Below, piece after piece: positions 19,835 to 29,700 of a stretch of 64,000 bases of DNA. The DNA is taken from the NCBI GenBank assembly GCA_964442045.1, contig CAYTWI010000007.1:1166-65165 (forward strand), written 5' to 3'. Position 1 is the first letter of the stretch. Each line of letters starts with the position of its first letter. The notes beneath the pieces are model-generated. The model did no database searches. It was not told where the DNA came from and worked only from the letters and a program-made list of their open reading frames with translations. This DNA is from an uncultured Bifidobacterium sp. (GTDB lineage: Bacteria; Bacteroidota; Bacteroidia; UKL13-3). A program made the translations under genes and the position numbers.

Positions 19835-22534
19835 ATGAGTTTAGAAAACGAAAATATTATACTAAAGCAAAAACTGTCTCAGCTTGAAAGGGAGTTGCGG
19901 GAAATGCGTAGTACAATTTTAACGCCAGTAAATAAATCAAAACAAGAAAATATTTACAGGCAATTAATAGAATACTCTAACGATATTATTTTTGAGATTA
20001 ATGTAGAGGGATTATTTACTTACATTTCCCCAAGCTGGACAAAATTATTAGGACATCAGCCACAAGAAGTTTTAGGACATAAATTTGAAATTTTTATTCA
20101 TCCCAATGATTTAGTTAAATGCAAAACATTTTTATTAAAGTTAATTCGGCACAAAGCCCCCGATGAAATAGAATACAGGGTACTGCACAAAAATGGCAAT
20201 TATATTTGGTACAAATCAAGAGTTACTGTAGTAAAAACTGATAATGACGGAAATGTTTATATTGGCAATGCACGTGATACCAGTACCGAAAAGCATACGC
20301 AAGAACAATTACACTTAGTAGAGTTTACCATTCAAAAAGCGGCTATGTCAGTTTTTTGGATTAAATCAAATGCTACATTCTTTGAAATGAGTGAAGCCGC
20401 CCACAATACCCTCGGTTATACCAAAGCTGAACTAATGCGTTTAAGTGTAGGAGATATAAATCCGGAATACAATATTGAAACATGGCCAAAACATTGGGAA
20501 GAATTAAAGAAAAATAAAACGATTGAGTTTATAACCAAACAAAAAAAGAAAGACGGAACCGAGCTTTTGGTAGAGATAAAGGCCAATTTTATTCAATTTG
20601 GCGACATTGAGTTAAACTGCGCTTTTGTAATTGATATAAGTGAAAGAAGTAAGATAGAACAAGAGCTAAAAGAAAGTGAACAACGTTTTAACATAGCCAT
20701 AGCCGGTTCCAGTGATGGTATTTGGGATTGGAATGTAAAAACCAATTCAATTTATTTCTCAGACCGGTTTAAAACCATGTTGGGTTATGCCGAAAACGAT
20801 TATTTAGATGATACGAAATTTTTGATAGAAGCCGCCCATCCTGATGATTATAACAGAACAGTTTTAGCTATAGAGAATAGCTTATTAAACAAAATAAACT
20901 ACAGCAATGAGTATCGTTTAAAGCTAAAAAATGGAACATATAAATGGTTTTTAGTAAGAGGTCAGGCTATTTGGGACGAAAGTAATGTCCCTGTTCGTAT
21001 GGCTGGTTCATTAACAGATATACATGAGACAAAATTAGCACAGGAAGAATTACAAAAAGCAAATGAGCGGTTGATTCAGAGCGAAGAAAAACTTCAGAAA
21101 AGTGATTCACTACAAAAAGCAATTATTTCAGCTTTGCCTGATTTAATTTTCAGAAGTTCAGCAGATGGTACCTTTATTGATTACCATGCGCCCGATAATG
21201 ATTTGTTAATTGTTCCACCCGAAGAATTTATCGGTAAAAAGCCAACCGATTTTATGCCTCCTGATTTGGCAAATGAGTTAATAGAAATAATTAATCATGT
21301 AGTAACTACCCAGGAATTAATAAACTATGAGTATTCATTAAACTTAAACGACAAAGAATATGATTTTGAAGGTAGGATAGTACCTTTTGGTTCCAACGAA
21401 GTATTAGCTATAATTAGAAATGTTACCGATAAAAAAATTGCAGAAAAAGGAATTAAAGAAAGCGAAGAGCGGTTTAAATCGTTGGTTCATAATATTTCCG
21501 ATATTATTTCATTAATAGATGAGAAAGGCTTTATAAAATACCAAAGCTCATCCATAAAACAGATAATGGGTTATGAGGAAAATGAATTACAAGGTAAAAA
21601 CATTTTCGAAATAGTACATCCGGAAGATTACTTAATAGTAGCTCAGGCATTTAAAAATGCAATGGAAAATGAAGGTAATAGCCCCGTTGCGGAATTTAGA
21701 TTATTAAATAAAGATGGTGAGTATATTTATTTGGAGGCTCAGGGTAATAACCAGCTAAATAATCCTTCCATAAGAGCTATTGTTGTAAACTCCAGAGATA
21801 TATCGCAAAAGAAAAAAGCAGAATCGGAAAAACTACAATTAATAAAAGAGCTTACCCAAAATAATAAAGAACTTAAGCAGTTTTCCTATATTACCTCGCA
21901 TAATATGCGGGCACCTGTAACCAATTTAATGGCTATTGCCGATTTAATTGATTTAAGTAAAATTGAGGATAGTGATAACAAAGAACTGATTAAAGGATTT
22001 AAAACGTCAACATTTCATTTGAATGAGACATTAAATGATTTAATAAAAATTCTTATTATAAAAGAAAATACAAACCAGAATTTACAGCAGGTTAAGCTGG
22101 ATACTTGTTTAGAAGAAGTAAAATATTCCATTGATTCCATTGTTAAGAATGCTCACGCTCAAATAAAAGTGGATTTTTCAGCGTCTAATGAAATACACTT
22201 CAGTAACGCTTATATGGAGAGTATATTTTTAAATTTAATTACCAACTCCATTAAATATAAGCACAAAGACCGGAATCCCGTTATTACAGTATATACCCGC
22301 TTGGTTAATGAGCAAACAGTTCTTTATTTTGAAGATAATGGTATTGGGTTTAACGAAGAAAAAGTTAAAGGAAAGATATTTGGCCTGTACCAGAAATTCC
22401 ATAATCACCCTGATAGCAAAGGAATTGGTTTATACCTGGTACAGTCACAAATAAGTTCATTAGGCGGAACTATTGACGTAGAAAGTAAAGAAGGTGTTGG
22501 TACAAAATTTATTATTACTTTTGCTAAAAAATAA
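19835..22534 (+). CDS. Soluble multi-PAS sensor histidine kinase (paralog 3)
   Basis: N-terminal coiled coil, four to five PAS modules, and the same kinase core (His codon 21899..21901). I prefer the ATG at 19835 over the adjacent TTG at 19832. Confidence 0.9.
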   Translation: MSLENENIILKQKLSQLERELREMRSTILTPVNKSKQENIYRQLIEYSNDIIFEINVEGLFTYISPSWTKLLGHQPQEVLGHKFEIFIHPNDLVKCKTFLLKLIRHKAPDEIEYRVLHKNGNYIWYKSRVTVVKTDNDGNVYIGNARDTSTEKHTQEQLHLVEFTIQKAAMSVFWIKSNATFFEMSEAAHNTLGYTKAELMRLSVGDINPEYNIETWPKHWEELKKNKTIEFITKQKKKDGTELLVEIKANFIQFGDIELNCAFVIDISERSKIEQELKESEQRFNIAIAGSSDGIWDWNVKTNSIYFSDRFKTMLGYAENDYLDDTKFLIEAAHPDDYNRTVLAIENSLLNKINYSNEYRLKLKNGTYKWFLVRGQAIWDESNVPVRMAGSLTDIHETKLAQEELQKANERLIQSEEKLQKSDSLQKAIISALPDLIFRSSADGTFIDYHAPDNDLLIVPPEEFIGKKPTDFMPPDLANELIEIINHVVTTQELINYEYSLNLNDKEYDFEGRIVPFGSNEVLAIIRNVTDKKIAEKGIKESEERFKSLVHNISDIISLIDEKGFIKYQSSSIKQIMGYEENELQGKNIFEIVHPEDYLIVAQAFKNAMENEGNSPVAEFRLLNKDGEYIYLEAQGNNQLNNPSIRAIVVNSRDISQKKKAESEKLQLIKELTQNNKELKQFSYITSHNMRAPVTNLMAIADLIDLSKIEDSDNKELIKGFKTSTFHLNETLNDLIKILIIKENTNQNLQQVKLDTCLEEVKYSIDSIVKNAHAQIKVDFSASNEIHFSNAYMESIFLNLITNSIKYKHKDRNPVITVYTRLVNEQTVLYFEDNGIGFNEEKVKGKIFGLYQKFHNHPDSKGIGLYLVQSQISSLGGTIDVESKEGVGTKFIITFAKK

Positions 22535-22537
22535 AAT

Positions 22538-22972
22538 ATGATTCCTTTAGTATTATGCGTAGATGATGATTCCATAACTTTGATGTTGTGTAATATGATT
22601 ATGCAAAAGGCTTCGTTTAGCAATAAAACAATTACTGTTACCAATGGTAAAGAAGCTTTAAGTTATTTTGATGAACAAAGGAAACTACCTCTTGCAGAGC
22701 AAAACTTACCTTCGTTAATATTGCTTGATTTGAATATGCCGGTTATGGATGGCTGGGAGTTTTTAGAATTATTTAACAGCGATTATGCTGAATTCCATAA
22801 AAGTGTTAAAGTCGTTATTTTATCATCAAGCGTAAATCCAGAAGATAAACAAAGGGCTCATTCTTATCCTTTAATTATTGATTTTATTCCCAAGCCTTTA
22901 AGTGCGTTAAGCTTAGAGAAAATTAAAGAATTAGATGAAATAAAATTATTTTTTCAGAGTGCCGGAGTATAA
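22538..22972 (+). CDS. Single-domain (receiver-only) response regulator
   Basis: Paralog of 15284..15709 with the same MIPLVLCVDDD start, Asp in LLDLNMP (22727..22729), and FIPKPL. It starts 3 nt after the kinase stop. Confidence 0.9.
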   Translation: MIPLVLCVDDDSITLMLCNMIMQKASFSNKTITVTNGKEALSYFDEQRKLPLAEQNLPSLILLDLNMPVMDGWEFLELFNSDYAEFHKSVKVVILSSSVNPEDKQRAHSYPLIIDFIPKPLSALSLEKIKELDEIKLFFQSAGV

Positions 22973-23183
22973 CCAGAAAGAAATATTACTAAGTTTAGTA
23001 CAAACAAAGATGCCATATGGTAAATACAAAGATGTAACTATTTGTAATATACCAGTGTATTATCTTGAATGGATGCAAAGGCAGGGTTTTCCGAAAGGAA
23101 AACTAGGCGTACAGCTAGAAACTATGTACGAAATTAAACTAAATGGCCTCGAACATTTGTTAGTCCCCTTGAAAAATAGTTAA
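22959..23183 (+). CDS. DUF3820-like small protein
   Basis: KMPYGKYKD...YYLEWMQRQGFPKGKLGVQLETMYEIKLNGL matches my recollection of DUF3820. The GTG start overlaps the end of the receiver gene by 14 nt. Confidence 0.6.
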   Translation: MPEYNQKEILLSLVQTKMPYGKYKDVTICNIPVYYLEWMQRQGFPKGKLGVQLETMYEIKLNGLEHLLVPLKNS

Positions 23184-23191
23184 GAAGTAAA

Positions 23192-23761
23192 ATGGAAAGC
23201 CATAAACATTTTATTATTCATAAGCCATTTGGCTATTTAAGCCAGTTTGTTGTTGATATTAAAAAGAAAAAGCTTTTAGGAGAGTTATATCCATTTCCGG
23301 AGGGTATAATGGCTATAGGCAGGCTGGATGAGGATAGCGAAGGACTTTTGCTGTTAACTACAGATGGGGCCGTAAGCGAATACATACGCAGTCGTAAAGT
23401 AGAAAAAGAATATTATGCACAGGTAGATGGTTTAGTAACTGATGAGGCCATTGAGCAAATGCAAAAAGGTGTTGAAATAGGGATACGAAATGTAAAATAT
23501 ACAACCCGGCCATGCAAAGTATTCCGTTTAGCAGATAAACCGAATTTTGAAGAACGGACCAAAAAAATAAGAGATGAAAGACATGGACCAACCTGCTGGA
23601 TTTCTATCACACTGACCGAAGGTAAATACCGTCAGGTTAGAAAAATGACCGCAGCCGTTGGTTTTCCTACCTTACGGCTTTTTAGGGTAAGGATTGGAAA
23701 TACTGTTCTTGGCAAAATGAAACCTGGTGAAGTAACAGAAGTGAACAAATTTGAAATTTAA
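23192..23761 (+). CDS. Pseudouridine synthase, RsuA/RluE family (no S4 domain)
   Basis: HKPFGYLSQF...GRLDEDSEGLLLLTTDG catalytic-Asp motif and the C-terminal GKYRQVRKM motif. Confidence 0.8.
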   Translation: MESHKHFIIHKPFGYLSQFVVDIKKKKLLGELYPFPEGIMAIGRLDEDSEGLLLLTTDGAVSEYIRSRKVEKEYYAQVDGLVTDEAIEQMQKGVEIGIRNVKYTTRPCKVFRLADKPNFEERTKKIRDERHGPTCWISITLTEGKYRQVRKMTAAVGFPTLRLFRVRIGNTVLGKMKPGEVTEVNKFEI

Positions 23762-23865
23762 CCCCAGCTTAATTACCAACTCATTACTTTGTATATTATT
23801 GGTTAACTATTTAACAAAATAAATTAACATAATTTCATTTTATTTGCGGCTCCAAAAAATATATT

Positions 23866-24522
23866 ATGAAGTTTTTTATTGATACAGCCAATCTTGCTCA
23901 AATTAAAGAAGCAAACGATTTAGGAATTTTAGATGGCGTTACAACCAACCCGTCACTGATGGCAAAAGAAGGCATTAAAGGCGATGCTGCTGTAATACAA
24001 CATTACAAAGATATTTGCGCTTTAGTAGATGGTGATGTAAGTGCTGAAGTAATTTCAACTACTTATAATGAAATAATTAAAGAAGGAGAGGCTTTAGCCG
24101 CACTTCACAAAAATATAGTGGTAAAAGTACCTATGATAAAAGATGGTATTAAAGCCATAAAATATTTTAGCAGTAAAGGGATCAGAACCAATTGCACATT
24201 AGTATTTAGTGCCGGCCAGGCTATTTTAGCCGCCAAAGCAGGAGCTTCATATATATCGCCATTTGTTGGCAGGTTAGATGATATTGGATTTGACGGAATG
24301 GAACTGATAGCCCAGATTTCGCATATATTTTCAGTACAAGGTTACGAAACAGAAATATTAGCCGCATCAATAAGAAATCCTATACACATTATTAAGTCGG
24401 CTGAAGCAGGAGCCGATATTATTACAAGCCCGCTTGACAGTATTTTAGCCTTACTAAAACACCCGTTAACAGATATTGGCTTAGAGAAATTTTTAGCCGA
24501 CCATAAGAAATTAAACTCATAA
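23866..24522 (+). CDS. fsa: Fructose-6-phosphate aldolase / short (type 3B) transaldolase
   Basis: [31 protein letters not shown], Schiff-base Lys context VVKVP, and 218 aa length. Confidence 0.85.
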   Translation: MKFFIDTANLAQIKEANDLGILDGVTTNPSLMAKEGIKGDAAVIQHYKDICALVDGDVSAEVISTTYNEIIKEGEALAALHKNIVVKVPMIKDGIKAIKYFSSKGIRTNCTLVFSAGQAILAAKAGASYISPFVGRLDDIGFDGMELIAQISHIFSVQGYETEILAASIRNPIHIIKSAEAGADIITSPLDSILALLKHPLTDIGLEKFLADHKKLNS

Positions 24523-24528
24523 AATAAA

Positions 24529-24565
24529 ATGCCCTAAATAATAAAAAGATTTAGGGCATTTTTTA
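24529..24565 (+). terminator. Rho-independent terminator
   Basis: ATGCCCTAAAT / ATTTAGGGCAT stem followed by TTTTT, directly after the fsa stop. Confidence 0.8.
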
Positions 24566-24605
24566 TATTTGAAATCTTTAATCAGTCACATTTAAAACTA
24601 CTAAC

Positions 24606-25133
24606 ATGATAAGAAGACCTTTTAACCTGCAAAAATGGATAGATGAAAACAGACATTTGCTAAAACCACCTGTTGCTAATAAGAATTTATATCCAGAAGG
24701 AACAGATTATATTGTAATGATAGTTGGTGGACCAAATGCCAGAAAAGATTACCATTACAATGAAACAGAAGAGTTGTTTTATCAGTTAGAAGGAGAAATA
24801 ACTGTTCGTATTCAGGAGGAGGGTAAAGCAGTTGATATTAAATTAGGCCCGGGCGATATGTTTTTATGTCCGCCTAATACCCCACATTCACCTATAAGAA
24901 CGGAAGGTTCAATTGGTTTAGTAGTTGAAAGAGTGAGGAAAGGAAAAGGTTTAACAGATGGTTTAATGTGGTTTTGCGAAAAATGCAATCATCAGTTACA
25001 TGAATATAAATTTGAATTAAATGATATTGAGAACGATTTCTTACCACGTTTTCAAGAATTTTATAGCTCTGAAGAATTACGTACCTGCAAAAATTGCGGA
25101 CACGTAATGGAAACCGATCCACGTTTTGTTTAA
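24606..25133 (+). CDS. nbaC: 3-hydroxyanthranilate 3,4-dioxygenase (kynurenine pathway to quinolinate)
   Basis: FNLQKWIDENRHLLKPPV start, a cupin metal site (HYNETEELFYQLEG ... PHSP), and a C-terminal rubredoxin-like CEKC...CKNC pair as in bacterial HAO. Confidence 0.85.
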   Translation: MIRRPFNLQKWIDENRHLLKPPVANKNLYPEGTDYIVMIVGGPNARKDYHYNETEELFYQLEGEITVRIQEEGKAVDIKLGPGDMFLCPPNTPHSPIRTEGSIGLVVERVRKGKGLTDGLMWFCEKCNHQLHEYKFELNDIENDFLPRFQEFYSSEELRTCKNCGHVMETDPRFV

Positions 25134-25462
25134 TGCCCAGCGAGGAAATAGAAAAGTACTATATCAATATTGGAGAGTTAGCCAGAAAATTTGATGTTTC
25201 TGTCTCGCTAATTCGTTATTGGGAAAAAGAGTTTAAACAATTTAAACCCGATAAAACAGAAAAAGGTACCAGAAAGTACAGCAAAAAAAATATTGAAACA
25301 TTTAGTCTGCTATATCGGTTAATAAAAATAGAAGGGTACACCATTGAAGGTGCCAAAGAAAAATTAAATAAACAGCCCAAATTACAGAGCAATCAGGAAA
25401 CCATTGAAAAATTAAAGGAATTGAGAAGCTTTTTAACCAAGCTGAATGATTTGATAGGGTAG
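25133..25462 (+). CDS. Small MerR-family transcriptional regulator
   Basis: HTH segment YYINIGELARKFDVSVSLIRYWEKEF. I prefer the ATG at 25133, which shares TAATG with the stop of the dioxygenase gene, over the longer ORF starting at 25094. Confidence 0.7.
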   Translation: MPSEEIEKYYINIGELARKFDVSVSLIRYWEKEFKQFKPDKTEKGTRKYSKKNIETFSLLYRLIKIEGYTIEGAKEKLNKQPKLQSNQETIEKLKELRSFLTKLNDLIG

Positions 25463-25524
25463 GGTAGTTGCAGGTTTTAAATTCAACACCCATAAATCAA
25501 AAAACATAAATCAAAAATCAAGAG

Positions 25525-26724
25525 ATGTTTAATACCATAGAAGAAGCCATTGAGGATATAAAAAACGGTAAAATTATTATTGTAGTTGATGATGAAGACC
25601 GTGAAAACGAAGGAGATTTTTTAACAGCAGCCCGAAATGTAACCCCCGAGGTTATTAATTTTATGGCTAAAGAAGGCAGGGGATTAATTTGTGCTCCACT
25701 TATTGATAGCCGTTGTCAGGAATTAAAATTAGAGTTAATGGTGAGCGATAATACCACTTTACACGAAACCCCGTTTACCGTTTCGGTAGATTTATTAGGT
25801 AAGGGTTGTACAACAGGTATATCAGCTCAAGACAGGGCCAAAACAGTACAGGCATTAATTGACCCTGCTACAAAACCAGAAGAATTAGGCAAACCCGGAC
25901 ATATATTTCCATTAAAAGCAAGACCCGAAGGCGTATTAAGAAGAGCTGGACACACGGAAGCAGCTATTGATTTTGCACGTTTAGCAGGTTTTGAACCGGC
26001 AGGTTGTATAGTGGAAATACTCAATGAAGACGGAACAATGGCTCGTTTACCTGAATTGATTAAAGTAGCCGAGAAGTTTGACATGAAATTGGTAACTATT
26101 AAAGATTTAATAGCTTACCGGCTAAAAAAGGAAAGCTTAATTCAAAGAATCATTTCAGTGGATATGCCAACCGAGTACGGGCATTTTATTTTAACAGCAT
26201 ATAAGCAAATAGATACCGATCAGGAACATTTAGTACTTCAAAAAGGAACCTGGGAAGAAAATGAACCTGTTTTAGTGCGTGTACACTCAAGTTGCGTTAC
26301 TGGCGATATATTCCATAGCATGCGTTGCGATTGTGGCGATCAGTTAGCCAAATCAATGCAAATGATTGAAAAAGAAGGTAAAGGTGTTATTATTTACATT
26401 AACCAGGAAGGTAGAGGCATTGGATTAATTAATAAGCTAAAAGCCTATAAATTACAGGAACAGGGGCTAGATACCGTTGAAGCCAATATAAAATTAGGTT
26501 TCAAAATGGATGAAAGAGATTATGGCGTAGGCGCACAAATGTTGCGCGATATAGGAATTTGCAAAATGCGCTTAATGACCAATAATCCAACAAAAAGGGC
26601 AGGGTTAATTGGTTATGGTTTAGAAATAGTAGAAAACGTACCCATTGTAGTAGAATCAAATCCGCACAATAAAAAATACTTTGAAACAAAGCGCGATAAA
26701 ATGGGGCATGAGTTTGGAAAATAA
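25525..26724 (+). CDS. ribBA: Bifunctional 3,4-dihydroxy-2-butanone-4-phosphate synthase / GTP cyclohydrolase II
   Basis: [11 protein letters not shown] (RibB) and [20 protein letters not shown] zinc motif (RibA). 399 aa. Confidence 0.9.
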   Translation: MFNTIEEAIEDIKNGKIIIVVDDEDRENEGDFLTAARNVTPEVINFMAKEGRGLICAPLIDSRCQELKLELMVSDNTTLHETPFTVSVDLLGKGCTTGISAQDRAKTVQALIDPATKPEELGKPGHIFPLKARPEGVLRRAGHTEAAIDFARLAGFEPAGCIVEILNEDGTMARLPELIKVAEKFDMKLVTIKDLIAYRLKKESLIQRIISVDMPTEYGHFILTAYKQIDTDQEHLVLQKGTWEENEPVLVRVHSSCVTGDIFHSMRCDCGDQLAKSMQMIEKEGKGVIIYINQEGRGIGLINKLKAYKLQEQGLDTVEANIKLGFKMDERDYGVGAQMLRDIGICKMRLMTNNPTKRAGLIGYGLEIVENVPIVVESNPHNKKYFETKRDKMGHEFGK

Positions 26725-26740
26725 ACAATAGTTTACACTA

Positions 26741-29700
26741 TTATTTATTTTCTATTTTGGTTATTTTAGAAGTAGTTCCGTTTACTTTTAAATGGTAGAT
26801 ACCCGGACTTAATAAATCACTAATTATTAAGTTCTCCATGTTTGAATACAAGTGAAATTGTTGGATTAATTTACCCGTATTATCATACAAATAGGCCGTA
26901 TTACTGTAATCATACTCTAGTTGTTCAATGGTAACATCATTTACAAACGGATTAGGGTAAACTTTTATGTTTGTGCTCATGGCTATCTCAGAACTTATAT
27001 TTACTATGTTTGAATATTCATAGTTACCATCAAAATCCACTTGTTTAATTCTGTAATGAATAATGGGATGTATAGCTTCTTTATCAATAAATTGATAGTC
27101 TCTTACCATATTACTATTTCCATTACCTGTTACCTTTCCAATAGTTTTCCAGTTTTTAAAATCAGAACTACTTTCAATTTCAAAATGGGAGTTGTTAATT
27201 TCACTGCCTGTTGACCATGTAATAGCTGCCTCTGTTTCCAATACTCTTTTGGCTGCAATCTTTAACCAGGTTACAGGAAGCGTTCTTATCATATTGCTAA
27301 TTGAATCAGAACAACCATCCTTCGACATGACCAACAACTTGACCATTATTAAACTACCACTTAAAACTTTTTGGATTGATATTTTAGCTGTATCGGTAAT
27401 TAACTTATCAAAAGTCCATAATCTGTTTTTTACATTGCTGGTTGTATCTACAAAAGTAATTTTGGTGGTAGAACCCAATTGTTTAGTAGAAATATACCCA
27501 ATTTTTGGATTTGGATATACCCTAATATTTTTTGCTATAGAATCGGTACAATTATTATTAGTAGATGCAATTAATTTAACTGTGTAATTTCCTGCTGCTT
27601 TATATGTTTTGTTAATGATGGAAGTGGAAGAAGAGGTATCTCCATTTCCAAGTTTCCATAAATACTTAGTTATAGAGCCACCTGTTGCAATAGTAGAATT
27701 ATTGGTAAAATTAAATTTATTGCCATTTAAACATTGTAGTGAATCACTAGTAGTAAAAAGAGCAGTAGGCTTAGGGTAAATATTAATAAGAACCGCTTCA
27801 GTAGTATCACTTATTTCTCCGGTATTATAAACACGTTTATAAAAGTTTGATCCTGGAGTGTTACTTATAAAATTGTTACCGGAAATAGTACCTGTTGCTG
27901 GTAAATATGTACCGTTTAAAGAAGACGAACTAAGCCACGAAACACTTTTCTGCGTGACGGTATCAAGTATAATTCTATCTATATATGTTCTATTGTTTCC
28001 AAAATAGTTTACCCCTTGATAAAAAGTAAATTTAATTTGCGTTGTTCCCATTGGTAAAATAGTTTCAAATGTTTTCCAATTAATTGAGTCTGGCGGTAAA
28101 AAACCACTTTGATTACCTCGTATTCTTGAAAGAATTTCATTTCCACCATAACGCCTTACTATTTGATAGTCACCATTAAGCTTAGCCCAAAGTACTACAG
28201 TGTCATACTGCATTGGAACTAAATTATATTTATGTTCGGCTACATTATCGTATATATCAAATTTTACAGTGACACCATTTTTAGTTTTTGTAAAAATTGG
28301 ACTTTCTAAGTAAGAATAATAATATGAATTAGCATAAAGAGCACCTTTTGGGTCAGTTCGTCCATAACTGTTAACAACATTATAGTTGGGTATCCAAGGC
28401 CCTTGAGGACTTCCATAATATAAATTATGATAGGTAGCCTGTAGCATATTTGCAGAAAACCAACCATTCGGAAGAGCGTTAAAATCGCTGAAATCTTCAT
28501 TTAGAGTTGTAAAACCTCCGATTGGCGCAGAACCTAATATAGTAGAGCTATTGCAATTTTGTGTTTCAGATTTAATGGTGTTATTCTCAATGTTTTTGCA
28601 TACAGCTACTTGTTTCGTTATTGAGTCCGAACACAAATTATTGCCTACTACTTTTAACTTTATAAAGTTATAACCTAAAGCATTATAAGTTTTAACAGGC
28701 ATTTTTAAATTTGAGGTATCTGCATTATTTTTACTAAAACTCCATGAACGAACAGATGATAGTCCTGCAAATGTTGAAGTATCATTCAGTTGGAAAGAAT
28801 TATTATTTAAAAACTGTATATCCTTGTTTATAGTAAAACCAACAAATGGTTTTGATTGCACAGTTACATTTTTGCTAATGGTATCAATACAGCCATTATT
28901 GTGGTTAATCAATTTAATAGAAAATATTCCGGTATCCTGAAAAGTTAAATTACCATTATAACTACCTGTTGCAGGGGATGCTATCATTTCAATTTTGCTT
29001 CTTGAAAAAGTACTGGTATCAGTAAATAAAGTAGAACTCGTCTGACAAATAGTATTTTTACTTAACAAAAATCCACCACCCGGGTGTTGCATAAAATCAA
29101 TCCTTTTAAATAAAGAAGTATCCTTATTTGTACCATTAATAACTACTCTTTTGTACCAGGCGGCTGTATTATTGGTTAATTTATAATCTTTTGTATTGTT
29201 AATACCCGGTGCTGCTGCATATCCGGTATCAGCACCCAAAGTAGATTTTAACCATAAATAATTTACAGAGCCACTCACCCCTCCCGGTGTTGAACCTGTT
29301 AGTGTTACTGTATCCGTTGTGCTACATAATTTGTTATAGCAAGTAATTATATTATTATTAATCCCATTCAAATAACCCGAATCATTAAATAACATAATAA
29401 AAGCATCTTCACCACCACTAAAAATAGTATTTGCAGCCATTGGCGTACTTATTTTAGTGGTTGAATTTGTGTTTCCAATCAATACAACTTGGTTGCTTTT
29501 GCTAATTGCCAGAGAGTTTGCATAATCATTGCAACTTGCTCCAAAATAAGTACCCCAAATTTTATTACCACTTGAATCATATTTGATTAAAACAGCATCG
29601 TTATTGGTATTTAAGTATTCAAAAGCATTGGCGTGATTTTTTTGAAAGGCATTAGGCGTAGATAAATTATAATTATTGGAAGTATATCCGGATACAATAA

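Noticed and set aside
11892-22534. Repeated DNA segments in the kinase array as a repeat element, CRISPR-like array or recent gene conversion tract.
   Set aside because: The similarity is in-frame coding paralogy with many synonymous differences. There are no short regularly spaced direct repeats with unique spacers anywhere in the window.
25094-25132. Longer version of the MerR ORF starting at 25094, overlapping the dioxygenase gene by 40 nt.
   Set aside because: The extension (MRTRNGNRSTFCL) has no similarity to MerR N-termini. The HTH begins right after the ATG at 25133, which forms a typical TAATG stop/start junction.
25463-25524. Possible FMN (RFN) riboswitch upstream of ribBA.
   Set aside because: The intergenic region is only 62 nt, A-rich and without the multi-stem conserved RFN core. 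It is too short for a riboswitch of about 130 nt or more.
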